A stretch of 32,333 nucleotides of DNA, from positions 1 through 32,333 of the forward strand of contig JALWQZ010000002.1 in assembly GCA_027077895.1 (NCBI GenBank), in the 5' to 3' direction. Below are positions 6,739-14,742 of the stretch, piece after piece (within the stretch, counting starts at the first letter, position 1; every line of letters begins with the position of its first letter). The notes beneath the pieces were generated by a model. That model was not told the origin of the DNA. It ran no database searches and was given only the letters and a program-made list of their open reading frames with translations. A program made the position numbers and the translations under genes. The DNA is from Candidatus Micrarchaeota archaeon. Lineage in GTDB: Archaea; B1Sed10-29; WALL01; WAMD01.

Positions 6739-9354
6739 GTGTTGGATATAGACGACCCAGATAAATTTAAAGATACTAAAATCGATGAGGTCCTGTCGGT
6801 TCTAGAAACCTCAAAAGACGGACTATCAACAAAGGAAGCAAAAAGAAGATTGGAAAAGTTCGGGGAGAACAAGATAGAAGAGAAGGAACTCCCTGAATGG
6901 AAAAAGTTCCTAAAACACTTCTGGGGACCAATTCCATGGATGATTGAAATCGCTGCAATACTCTCTGCTTTCTTGCACAAATGGGAAGATTTCTCTGTAA
7001 TCATGTTGATGCTCATCATAAACGTCGGTGTAGACTACTGGCAGGAAAGAAAGGCAGGGTCAGCAATAAAGGCATTGAAAAAGAGGTTGGAGGTAAAGGC
7101 CAAAGTCTTAAGAGATGGCAAATGGGTTGAGATACCTGCTAGTCAGTTAGTGCCCGGAGATATAGTGAGAGTTAGAATAGGTGACATGATCCCTGCTGAT
7201 CTAAAACTCATAGATGGGGATTATGTTCTAGTAGACCAGTCCGCATTAACTGGGGAATCACTACCTGTGACAAAGCACGCTGGTGACCTAGCATATACAG
7301 GCACCATTGTCAAAAAGGGAGGCATGACAGGTGTTGTAATTGCGACAGGATTTAACACAAAATTCGGGAAGAACGCGGCATTGGTCACAAAGGCAGAAAT
7401 GCAAAAGGTTGGGCACCTACAGCAGATGGTCGTTAGAATAACAGACTACCTGATCATACTGACACTGGTACTTGCGGCAATAATAATGATTGTTGCACTA
7501 TATCGGGGGCAGAATATACTTGAATTTACCAGGTTCGCTCTAGTTCTAGTGGTGGCGTCTATACCCGTCGCCCTGCCAGCCGTGTTATCGGTTACAATGG
7601 CAATAGGTGCGATGGATCTAGCAAGAAAAAATGCAATAGTAAAACACTTAAAGGCCATACAGGAATTAGCAAGTGTCGACACATTGTGTGTAGATAAGAC
7701 CGGAACACTAACAAAGAATCAACTGGTCATATCCAATCCCATAACATATGGAAAATTTAAACCAAAGGATGTCGTGTATTATGCTCTCCTTGCCTCACGC
7801 ATAGAAGACAAGGATCCGCTTGAACTCACAATATACAAATCCGCAGAGAAGTTTGGCCTGAAAAATGTGTACAAGAACGTGAAACTACTCTCATTTGTTC
7901 CGTTTGACCCAAAAATAAAGAGGTCAGAAGCAAAGGTAAAGGTTGGTAGGAAAACAATTGAGGTAATAAAAGGCGCGCCTCAAGTCATCGTGGGCATAAC
8001 GAATCTAAAAGGGAAAGAGAAAGAAAAGGTGGAGAACGATATTTACAACCTAGCAACTAGAGGCTACAGAACAATAGGTGTTGCTGTTAAACTAAAAGAC
8101 AAGTGGGAACTAGTTGGATTAATACCCATGTATGACCCACCAAGAGAGGACGCCAAGGAAACAATAGACCACCTAAAGAATATGGGCGTAACTGTGAAGA
8201 TGGTGACAGGAGATAACAAAGCAATCGCAAAGGAAATCGCCAAGATACTTGGTATAGGTGAGAATATACTAACACCGAAGGAGATGACAGGTGAAGACCA
8301 AGAGGAACTCATACTGCTAGCCAAGATATTATCAAAAGAGATATACAAGAAGTTAAAGAAGAAGACGACAGACGAGGATGCCGAAGAATTTGCAAGAAAG
8401 ATAACTCAGGAAATTGTGAAGGAGTTTGAGAACTTGCATATACCAAAGGGAACTGTGAAGAAGCACGAAGCAGAAATTGCCGAGTTAGTCGAGGATGCAG
8501 ACGGTTTTGCAGAAGTCTATCCTGAACACAAGTATCTAATCGTCAACAGTCTACAGAAAAAAGATCATATCGTGGCAATGACTGGGGATGGTGTAAACGA
8601 TGCCCCAGCGCTCAAAAAAGCAGATTGTGGGATTGCGGTGGATAAAGCCACAGATGCCGCTAGGATGGCAGCGGACATAGTGCTCATGGCGCCTGGAATA
8701 AATGTCATCGCAGATGCAGTGACAGAAGCCAGACAGATATTCAAGAGAATGAATGCCTATGTCATATACAGGATATCAGAAACAATCAGAGTTATGTTCT
8801 TCATGACTCTAGCAATAGTATTCTTAAACACATATCCAATTACTGCAATAATGATAGTGTTACTAGCGTTACTGAATGACATACCAATACTTACGATTGC
8901 ATATGATAACGCAGAGCCTTCCGGCCACGCTGAGAGATGGGAAACACATGCAATAGTCATAATGTCCACTGTTTTGGGTCTCACAGGTGTGGTGTCAACG
9001 TTCCTACTATACTACCTAGCCAAGGTTTATTTCCATTTACCAGAAGGTGTTGTGTCAACGTTGATGTTCCTAAAACTAGCAGTAGCAGGACACTTTACAT
9101 TGTACCTCGCTAGGCACTCAAAGCCATTCTGGGCAAAGCCATGGCCTTCCAAGACTCTACTGATAGCGTCAGAATCAACCAAGGTACTGGCAACTCTATT
9201 CGCGGTATACGGTATCCTAGTGCCTGCAATAGGGTGGACACTGTCATTAATAGCATGGGGTTACGCATTCGTCTGGTTCCTAATACTGGACGGTGTAAAG
9301 GTGTTCACGTACCGTGTTATGAAGAGGCACAATATCGCGTACGTAAGTGACTGA
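6739..9354 (+). CDS. P-type ATPase, plasma-membrane H+-ATPase-like (P3A type)
   Basis: Signature motifs: 'TGES', 'CVDKTGTLTKN' (Asp codon 7693-7695), 'MVTGDN' and 'MTGDGVNDAPALKKADCGIAV'. The track start GTG at 6730 lies inside the SD GAGGTGAT (6727-6734), so I start at the GTG at 6739. Confidence 0.93.
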   Translation: MLDIDDPDKFKDTKIDEVLSVLETSKDGLSTKEAKRRLEKFGENKIEEKELPEWKKFLKHFWGPIPWMIEIAAILSAFLHKWEDFSVIMLMLIINVGVDYWQERKAGSAIKALKKRLEVKAKVLRDGKWVEIPASQLVPGDIVRVRIGDMIPADLKLIDGDYVLVDQSALTGESLPVTKHAGDLAYTGTIVKKGGMTGVVIATGFNTKFGKNAALVTKAEMQKVGHLQQMVVRITDYLIILTLVLAAIIMIVALYRGQNILEFTRFALVLVVASIPVALPAVLSVTMAIGAMDLARKNAIVKHLKAIQELASVDTLCVDKTGTLTKNQLVISNPITYGKFKPKDVVYYALLASRIEDKDPLELTIYKSAEKFGLKNVYKNVKLLSFVPFDPKIKRSEAKVKVGRKTIEVIKGAPQVIVGITNLKGKEKEKVENDIYNLATRGYRTIGVAVKLKDKWELVGLIPMYDPPREDAKETIDHLKNMGVTVKMVTGDNKAIAKEIAKILGIGENILTPKEMTGEDQEELILLAKILSKEIYKKLKKKTTDEDAEEFARKITQEIVKEFENLHIPKGTVKKHEAEIAELVEDADGFAEVYPEHKYLIVNSLQKKDHIVAMTGDGVNDAPALKKADCGIAVDKATDAARMAADIVLMAPGINVIADAVTEARQIFKRMNAYVIYRISETIRVMFFMTLAIVFLNTYPITAIMIVLLALLNDIPILTIAYDNAEPSGHAERWETHAIVIMSTVLGLTGVVSTFLLYYLAKVYFHLPEGVVSTLMFLKLAVAGHFTLYLARHSKPFWAKPWPSKTLLIASESTKVLATLFAVYGILVPAIGWTLSLIAWGYAFVWFLILDGVKVFTYRVMKRHNIAYVSD

Positions 9355-9363
9355 GGTGATTAT

Positions 9364-10776
9364 ATGTATGGAGGTTATTCATATATTGATAAAAAGTATA
9401 AACCAGGAAAGGATGATTTCATAGTCCTTTTCTGGATGGATGGTCACGCAAAGATCGAAAAACTAGCAGAAGCAGTGGCTAGTGAATCCAGCGTTGGCAC
9501 CTGGACAAAGATAAAAACAATGAACGCAAAGGTCTTCAGAGAGTACAGGGCGAGGATATTCAAGATAATCAAAGTAACCGAAAACTCTGGTTTTGTTTAC
9601 ATGGCATACCCATGGCAGCACTTTGACCAGAAGAATGTCTTGCAATTCTACGCAGGCGTCCTAGGAAATCTATTTGGCTTGAAGGAGTTGGAGGATTGCT
9701 ACGTCCTGGACGTAAAACTCCCTGAGAAATACCAAAAGCAATTTTCTGGTCCAGGATTCGGAATGGAAGGAATCAGAAAGTACGTTGGAACAAAGAAAAA
9801 CAGGAGACCACACGTTGGAACAATAGTCAAACCAAAGGTGGGACTGACTCCAAAGGAATTCTCAGAGGTCGCCTACAAGGCATGGTCTGGTGGTTTAGAC
9901 CTAGTCAAGGACGACGAAAACCTAGTCGACCAAAAATTCTGCCCATGGAAGAAGAGATTCGATCTAGTCAGCAAAGCACTTGACAAAGCAGAACAGGAGA
10001 CAGGTGAAAAGAAACTCTATGCAACTAACATAACTGATTCCAGTATTGATAGAATGATTGAAAGACTAGAGTATGTGAAGGATTCTGGGATGAAGATGAT
10101 AATGCTTGATGTTTACATCCTAGGTATCCCAGCATTGATGGAGATGGTCAATGAAGCAAAAAAAGCCAAGTTATTCATACACGCACATAGAGCAGGATAC
10201 GCTGCGCACCACAGAGGAAACTTCGGGGTAAACTTCGCAATATACGAGAGATTCTGGAGGATGATAGGTGTTGACCAATTGCACATAGGAACAGGAGTAG
10301 GTAAGATGGAAGGGGGAACCCTGTGGATAAACCATCTGCACAAACTGGCACAAGATTATGAAATCCCAGAAAAATTCTACTTAGGAAGCCTAGGCCAAAC
10401 ATGGATAAAAACCATAAAACCATTGTTTGCTGTGGCAAGTGGCGGGATGGACCCGGGTAGAGTGGACGCGGCCGTTGCTCTCCACGGAAAGGATGTTATA
10501 ATACAAGCAGGTGGGGGTGTGCACGGGCACCCAGGTGGGACCATGGCCGGAGCAAGAGCACTGAGGCAGGCAGCAGATGCAGTCGTAGAGGGAATCCCAG
10601 CACCAGAATACGCTAAGACTCACAAAGAACTAGCCCAAGCACTAAAACACTGGGGTTACATAAAGCCCAAGCAGATAAAGGACAAACTAGCATTTGAAAA
10701 GAAGAAAAGGTCATTCCTAACAAAAACAGTGAAAAACAGAGGTATGGCAGGAATACGGTCTATCTGGGAGTTATAA
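9364..10776 (+). CDS. rbcL: Ribulose-1,5-bisphosphate carboxylase/oxygenase large subunit, archaeal form III or II/III-like
   Basis: Catalytic motifs: 'GTIVKPKVGL', 'GGLDLVKDDENL' (Lys codon 9907-9909), 'HAHRAG', 'LHIGTGVGKMEG', 'ASGGMDPG' and 'QAGGGVHGHPGG'. The SD GGTGAT lies 3 nt upstream. Confidence 0.93.
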   Translation: MYGGYSYIDKKYKPGKDDFIVLFWMDGHAKIEKLAEAVASESSVGTWTKIKTMNAKVFREYRARIFKIIKVTENSGFVYMAYPWQHFDQKNVLQFYAGVLGNLFGLKELEDCYVLDVKLPEKYQKQFSGPGFGMEGIRKYVGTKKNRRPHVGTIVKPKVGLTPKEFSEVAYKAWSGGLDLVKDDENLVDQKFCPWKKRFDLVSKALDKAEQETGEKKLYATNITDSSIDRMIERLEYVKDSGMKMIMLDVYILGIPALMEMVNEAKKAKLFIHAHRAGYAAHHRGNFGVNFAIYERFWRMIGVDQLHIGTGVGKMEGGTLWINHLHKLAQDYEIPEKFYLGSLGQTWIKTIKPLFAVASGGMDPGRVDAAVALHGKDVIIQAGGGVHGHPGGTMAGARALRQAADAVVEGIPAPEYAKTHKELAQALKHWGYIKPKQIKDKLAFEKKKRSFLTKTVKNRGMAGIRSIWEL

Positions 10777-10784
10777 CCCCAATA

Positions 10785-10792
10785 TTTTTAAA
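10785..10792 (+). promoter_or_regulatory. TATA-like box (TTTTTAAA) for tRNA-Asp
   Basis: It ends 27 nt upstream of the tRNA 5' end, the same spacing as at the other tRNA genes in the window. Confidence 0.45.
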
Positions 10793-10819
10793 CCCCTCCT
10801 ATTATAACTAACTCGCATT

Positions 10820-10892
10820 GCCCCGGTAGTCTAGTGGTCTAGGATGCGGGCCTGTCGAGCCCGCGGCCCGGGTTCGAATCCCGGCCGGGGCG
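10820..10892 (+). tRNA. tRNA-Asp (anticodon GUC)
   Basis: Acceptor GCCCCGG/CCGGGGC, D stem GTCT/GGAT, anticodon arm CGGGC-CTGTCGA-GCCCG, T arm CCGGG-TTCGAAT-CCCGG. No CCA is encoded. Confidence 0.95.
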
Positions 10893-10905
10893 CTTAACTA
10901 AAACA

Positions 10906-10914
10906 TTTATAAAT
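10906..10914 (+). promoter_or_regulatory. TATA box TTTATAAAT (first of two in the tRNA-Asp/rpl3 spacer)
   Basis: A perfect TATA-like octamer with an A-rich upstream flank. No ORF lies downstream, only a GC-rich block. Confidence 0.4.
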
Positions 10915-10937
10915 CCCTAGTACCAAAATACACCCAT

Positions 10938-11024
10938 CATATTGACGCTCTGCAAAGAGCGACTCCCCTAGCCTAGCGGGCAACCAACGAGTCCCGCCTG
11001 AGGGAGATGGAGTGGAAGGTTAGG
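10938..11024 (+). ncRNA. Candidate small structured RNA of unknown class (boundaries approximate)
   Basis: This GC-rich island in AT-rich DNA begins about 25 nt after the TATA box at 10906. It has a 6-bp hairpin CGCTCT-GCAA-AGAGCG (10946-10961, GNRA loop). Nested pairings CTCCC(10963-10967)/GGGAG(11002-11006) and CGGG(10977-10980)/CCCG(10993-10996) follow. No ORF longer than 10 codons starts here. Confidence 0.3.
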
Positions 11025-11033
11025 TTTATAAAT
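11025..11033 (+). promoter_or_regulatory. TATA box TTTATAAAT, probable promoter of the ribosomal-protein operon
   Basis: This is the same 9-mer as at 10906, preceded by AAGGTTAGG. It lies about 115 nt upstream of the rpl3 ATG. Confidence 0.45.
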
Positions 11034-11056
11034 ACCTGACCATAAAAACTAGGCAT

Positions 11057-11146
11057 ACCGCGTGAAATCCCACGTGGTTCCAGCAGTTCCCCTTCTGCTC
11101 CTGCTCCAAGGTTGGGGGTTAGCACTAGCTGACCGTAGGTGATAAA
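11057..11146 (+). promoter_or_regulatory. Structured 5' leader of the rpl3 operon (candidate autoregulatory element)
   Basis: It contains an 8-bp hairpin ACCGCGTG-AAATCC-CACGTGGT (11057-11078) and a 5-bp hairpin AGCAG-TTCCCCTT-CTGCT (11082-11099). It is GC-rich and ends in the SD GGTGAT. Confidence 0.35.
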
Positions 11147-12139
11147 ATGAGTAAGATGACAAAACCTAGGGCTGGATCACTGGCGTTTTCCCCTAGAGTC
11201 AGGGCTAGAAGAATTTATCCTAGGATAACATCCTGGCCAGAATCCACCGAGACAAAGCCCCTAGCCTTCGCCGGATACAAGGCAGGCATGACCCACATCA
11301 TCGCCGTTGACAAATACAAAAACTCGCCAACGTATGAACAGAAGGTTTCTATTCCAGTAACAATCGTTGAGGTCCCACCCATAACTGTCTTTGGTGTAAG
11401 AGCGTACGCAAAAACACCATATGGGAGAAAGGTATTAACCGAGGTATGGGCAGACAATCTAGACAATAACCTCAAAAGAAGAGTAAAAACCCCAAAATCA
11501 AAGAAATCCGATTTCTCTGTTCTTGAAAACATTATAGACCAAATATCCGAGATCCGCCTTCTCGTGCACACAAATCCACCATTCAAGAAGACACCAGAGG
11601 TATTTGAGATAAAAGTAGGCGGAGATCCTAAATCTGCACTTGAGTACGCAAAGGAAAAACTAGGAAAACAAATAACAATAAACGACGTATTCAAGGAAGG
11701 AGATTATGTTGACGCAATCGCGGTAACCAAGGGGAAGGGAATCCAAGGACCTGTTTACAGATGGGGTATAAAAATACAATATAGAAAAGCACACGGATTC
11801 AGAAGGCACGTTGGTGCTCTAGGGCCGTGGCATCCGACAAAGACAATGTGGAGGATACCACAGGCAGGACAAACAGGATTCCATGTAAGAACGGAAATCA
11901 ACAAGAGGATCATAAAAATAGGGAACAACGGCTCAGATGTGAATCCGATTGGTGGAATACCCCACTACGGGCTGGTAAAGGGCTCGTATATACTGGTAAA
12001 GGGATCACTACCTGGACCAAAGAAGAGGTTAATCATATTCAGGCAAGCATTGAGACCACCTAAAGTACAGGGGGTATTACCTGAACTGATAAAGATCTCC
12101 CAGGAATCTCAACAAGGAACTAGGGTGAAGGCCATATGA
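11147..12139 (+). CDS. rpl3: 50S ribosomal protein L3
   Basis: 'PRAGSLAFSPRVRA...FAGYKAGMTH' plus its position at the head of the conserved cluster. SD is TAGGTGATAAA-ATG. Confidence 0.96.
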   Translation: MSKMTKPRAGSLAFSPRVRARRIYPRITSWPESTETKPLAFAGYKAGMTHIIAVDKYKNSPTYEQKVSIPVTIVEVPPITVFGVRAYAKTPYGRKVLTEVWADNLDNNLKRRVKTPKSKKSDFSVLENIIDQISEIRLLVHTNPPFKKTPEVFEIKVGGDPKSALEYAKEKLGKQITINDVFKEGDYVDAIAVTKGKGIQGPVYRWGIKIQYRKAHGFRRHVGALGPWHPTKTMWRIPQAGQTGFHVRTEINKRIIKIGNNGSDVNPIGGIPHYGLVKGSYILVKGSLPGPKKRLIIFRQALRPPKVQGVLPELIKISQESQQGTRVKAI

Positions 12140-12921
12140 AAGCAAAGGTATACACTCCAACGGGAGCAGCCAAAGGGGAAATTGAACTCCCCAACGTATT
12201 CAGTGCACCTTACAGGCCAGACATCATAAGAAGGGTGTTCACAATCATACAAAGCCACAAGTTCCAGCCAAAGGGTGTTTATTATCTAGCAGGGAAGGAC
12301 ACATCCGCAGAGTACATAGGTAGAAGGGACGCATTCAGGTCTGGGATAAACAGGGGGAATTCTAGACTACCTAGGACGAAGCCAGGTGGTGGAGGCCTAG
12401 GTGATGTAGCAAGAGTACCTCATGCCAAAGGTGGTTTTAGAGCACATCCACCTAAAGTTGAGAAAAATCTGTACAAGCAAGTTAACAAGAAGGAAAAAAT
12501 CCTCGCATTAAGGTCTGCAATTGCTGCAAGTGCAAATCCATTCATTGTAAAAAGAAGGGGGCACAAAATACCCGAAGGTATTGAATTGCCGATTGTCGTT
12601 GATGATGGTGTTCAGGATCTCAAGAAAACAAAGGATATCGTGAAACTACTTGAGCAACTAGGACTAAAGGACGAACTAGAGAGAGCAAAGGAGAAGAAGA
12701 TAAGAGCAGGCAAGGGAAAGATGAGAGGGAGGAAATACAAAAAGAAAACATCAATCCTATTTGTTGTAAACAACGTGAAATTCGCAAAGGTTGTTGAGAA
12801 CATACCTGGAGTTGATGCAGTCTTGGTAAAAGATCTAAGCGTGAAAGACCTTGCTCCAGGAGGAGAAGCAGGAAGACTGACTGTATGGACAGAGTCTGCA
12901 ATAAAAGCGTTAGGTGAGTAG
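12136..12921 (+). CDS. rpl4: 50S ribosomal protein L4
   Basis: 'RPDIIRRV...GRRDAFRSGINRGNSRLPRTKPGGGG...VPHAKGG'. The start overlaps the rpl3 stop as ATGA. Confidence 0.96.
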   Translation: MKAKVYTPTGAAKGEIELPNVFSAPYRPDIIRRVFTIIQSHKFQPKGVYYLAGKDTSAEYIGRRDAFRSGINRGNSRLPRTKPGGGGLGDVARVPHAKGGFRAHPPKVEKNLYKQVNKKEKILALRSAIAASANPFIVKRRGHKIPEGIELPIVVDDGVQDLKKTKDIVKLLEQLGLKDELERAKEKKIRAGKGKMRGRKYKKKTSILFVVNNVKFAKVVENIPGVDAVLVKDLSVKDLAPGGEAGRLTVWTESAIKALGE

Positions 12922-12922
12922 A

Positions 12923-13174
12923 ATGGGAGTTATACTACATCCGTTGATGACCGAAAAGGCCGTGCAGATGATTGAAACAGAGAACAAAATAACATTTATC
13001 GTAAAGAAGAACGCAACAAAACCAGAGATAAAATCAGAAATAGAAAGCATGTATGGTGTGAAGGTTGATAAGGTAACAACCATGATAGACAGAAAAGGTA
13101 GGAAAAAGGCGTATGTGACCCTTAACAAGAAGAATCCAGCGTCTGAACTTGCCACAAAATTGAATATGATATGA
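12923..13174 (+). CDS. rpl23: 50S ribosomal protein L23
   Basis: 'ILHPLMTEKAV...ITFIVKKNATKPEIKSEIESMYGVKVDKV'. The track GTG at 12914 lies in the SD AGGTGA, so the ATG at 12923 is preferred. Confidence 0.93.
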   Translation: MGVILHPLMTEKAVQMIETENKITFIVKKNATKPEIKSEIESMYGVKVDKVTTMIDRKGRKKAYVTLNKKNPASELATKLNMI

Positions 13175-13184
13175 GGGATGCCAT

Positions 13185-13895
13185 ATGGGTAAACCATTAA
13201 TTCATCAAAGAAGAGGTAAAGGATCACCAGCATTCAAGGCACCTAGTCACAGATTCAAGACTAGGGCAAGATATGCTCAATTTAACGAAACAGTTTATGG
13301 AGAAGTTGTTGATTTCATAGATGATCCATCAAAGCATACATTGGTAATGAAGATAAGATGGGACAATGGAACAGTATCAGAATACCTTGCCCCAGAGGGG
13401 ATAGGAGTAGGTGATAGAATAGCACAGGGAACAGATGCAGGCATTGCAATCGGAAATATACTACCCCTATCAGCAATACCAGAAGGTGTACCTATATTCA
13501 ATATTGAAGGAAGACCAGGGAATGGAGGCTCACTAGTTAGATCAAGCGGTGCAACAAGTTACATCGTGTCAAAAGACAAGAAACAAGCGCTAATCAAGAT
13601 GCCATCAGGAAAAACAAAAACTGTGAAACTGAATTCGCTGGCAACAATAGGTGTTGCATCAGGGGGTGGAAGGCCCGAAAAACCACTTGTAAAGGCAGGA
13701 AATGCCTACTACAAGAATAAGGCAAGAAATCACTGGTGGCCAAGAGTCAGAGGAATCGCAATGAATCCTGTTGATCACCCATTCGGTGGGAAAGAGCACC
13801 ACCCAGGTAAATCAACAACAACAAAGAGGACTGCGCCTCCTGGAAGAAAGGTCGGTCACATCGCTGCTAGGAGGACAGGTAGGAGAAAGAGGTGA
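13185..13895 (+). CDS. rpl2: 50S ribosomal protein L2
   Basis: 'GKPLIHQRRGKGSPAFKAPSH...WPRVRGIAMNPVDHPFGGKEHHPGK'. Confidence 0.97.
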   Translation: MGKPLIHQRRGKGSPAFKAPSHRFKTRARYAQFNETVYGEVVDFIDDPSKHTLVMKIRWDNGTVSEYLAPEGIGVGDRIAQGTDAGIAIGNILPLSAIPEGVPIFNIEGRPGNGGSLVRSSGATSYIVSKDKKQALIKMPSGKTKTVKLNSLATIGVASGGGRPEKPLVKAGNAYYKNKARNHWWPRVRGIAMNPVDHPFGGKEHHPGKSTTTKRTAPPGRKVGHIAARRTGRRKR

Positions 13896-13900
13896 TTTTG

Positions 13901-14293
13901 TTGGCAAAGATATTCAAATATCGTGGGTACACACTTGAGGAGTTAAGAGCCATGGAGGAAGAAGACCTAGACAAACTTGCAAACCTCCTCCCCGCACCTG
14001 CTAGGAGAAAAATAAAGAGAGGGTTCACAAAGGAGGATAGGATACTCCTCAAGAAACTAAAACAAAAGCCCGATAAGATCATAAGAACCCACGATAGAGA
14101 TATGATAATACTCCCGAGTATGGTAAATAGAAAAATTGCTATCCATAATGGAAAAGAGTTTGTGTATGTTGACATAAAGCCAGAGATGATTGGACACAGG
14201 CTCGGAGAATATGCACCAACCAGGAAGGAGGTTAAACACTCTGGTCCAGGTGTGGGTGCTACAAGATCAACTAAATTCGTATCTGCTAAGTGA
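13901..14293 (+). CDS. rps19: 30S ribosomal protein S19
   Basis: 'FKYRGYTLEEL...THDRDMIILPSMVNRKIAIHNGKEF...GHRLGEYAPTR'. The track GTG at 13892 lies inside GGTGAT. The TTG at 13901 has the usual 4-nt spacing; TTG at 13898 is an alternative. Confidence 0.9.
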   Translation: MAKIFKYRGYTLEELRAMEEEDLDKLANLLPAPARRKIKRGFTKEDRILLKKLKQKPDKIIRTHDRDMIILPSMVNRKIAIHNGKEFVYVDIKPEMIGHRLGEYAPTRKEVKHSGPGVGATRSTKFVSAK

Positions 14294-14304
14294 AGGTGAG
14301 ATAG

Positions 14305-14739
14305 ATGGCATACTCTATGCAAGTGAACGATGAAAAAATTGCAAAAGCGTGCATGAAGGACATTGACCTATCATACAAGAAGGCAGCGGTAGTCATGGAT
14401 GCAATAAGGGGAATGCCCCTACTTAAAGCAGAGGAATATTTAGAAGAGGTTATTGAGAAAAAAAGACCAATACCATTCAAAAAGTACAACACAGGAGTAG
14501 GACATAAACCTGGGGGTGTTATAGGTAAGTATCCAGTAAAGGCAGCCCAAATGATACTAAAACTCCTAAGGAATGTTGAAAACAACGCAGAGAATAAAGG
14601 CCTAGATAAAGAAAAATTGGTCATAATCCACGCAAAGGCAGATAAGGGAGCAGTGCTTAAGAGGAGGGCTCCAAGAGGCAGATGGAGATACAACAATCTT
14701 GTACTTGCTCACATAGAAGTAATAGTGAGGGAGGTCTGA
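14305..14739 (+). CDS. rpl22: 50S ribosomal protein L22
   Basis: 'DLSYKKAAVVMDAIRGMPLLKAEEYLEEVIEKKRPIPFKKY' plus gene order. Confidence 0.95.
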   Translation: MAYSMQVNDEKIAKACMKDIDLSYKKAAVVMDAIRGMPLLKAEEYLEEVIEKKRPIPFKKYNTGVGHKPGGVIGKYPVKAAQMILKLLRNVENNAENKGLDKEKLVIIHAKADKGAVLKRRAPRGRWRYNNLVLAHIEVIVREV

Positions 14740-14742
14740 GCC

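Noticed and set aside
11061-11142. 26-codon GTG ORF (MKSHVVPAVPLLLLLQGWGLALADRR) in the rpl3 leader, as a possible leader peptide
   Set aside because: It has no SD or promoter-proximal ATG. Its GTG lies inside a strong hairpin stem, and its composition simply reflects the GC-rich structured RNA.
10938-11146. Split-tRNA halves (Nanoarchaeum-style), 5S rRNA, C/D or H/ACA guide RNA, SRP RNA or RNase P RNA
   Set aside because: I found no T-loop (GTTCRANYC), no acceptor/D-arm combination, no RUGAUGA...CUGA box pair, no ACA box in the right position, and no CR-I/CR-V or SRP helix-8 motifs. The candidate is also too short for SRP or RNase P RNA. It is kept only as an unknown-class candidate.
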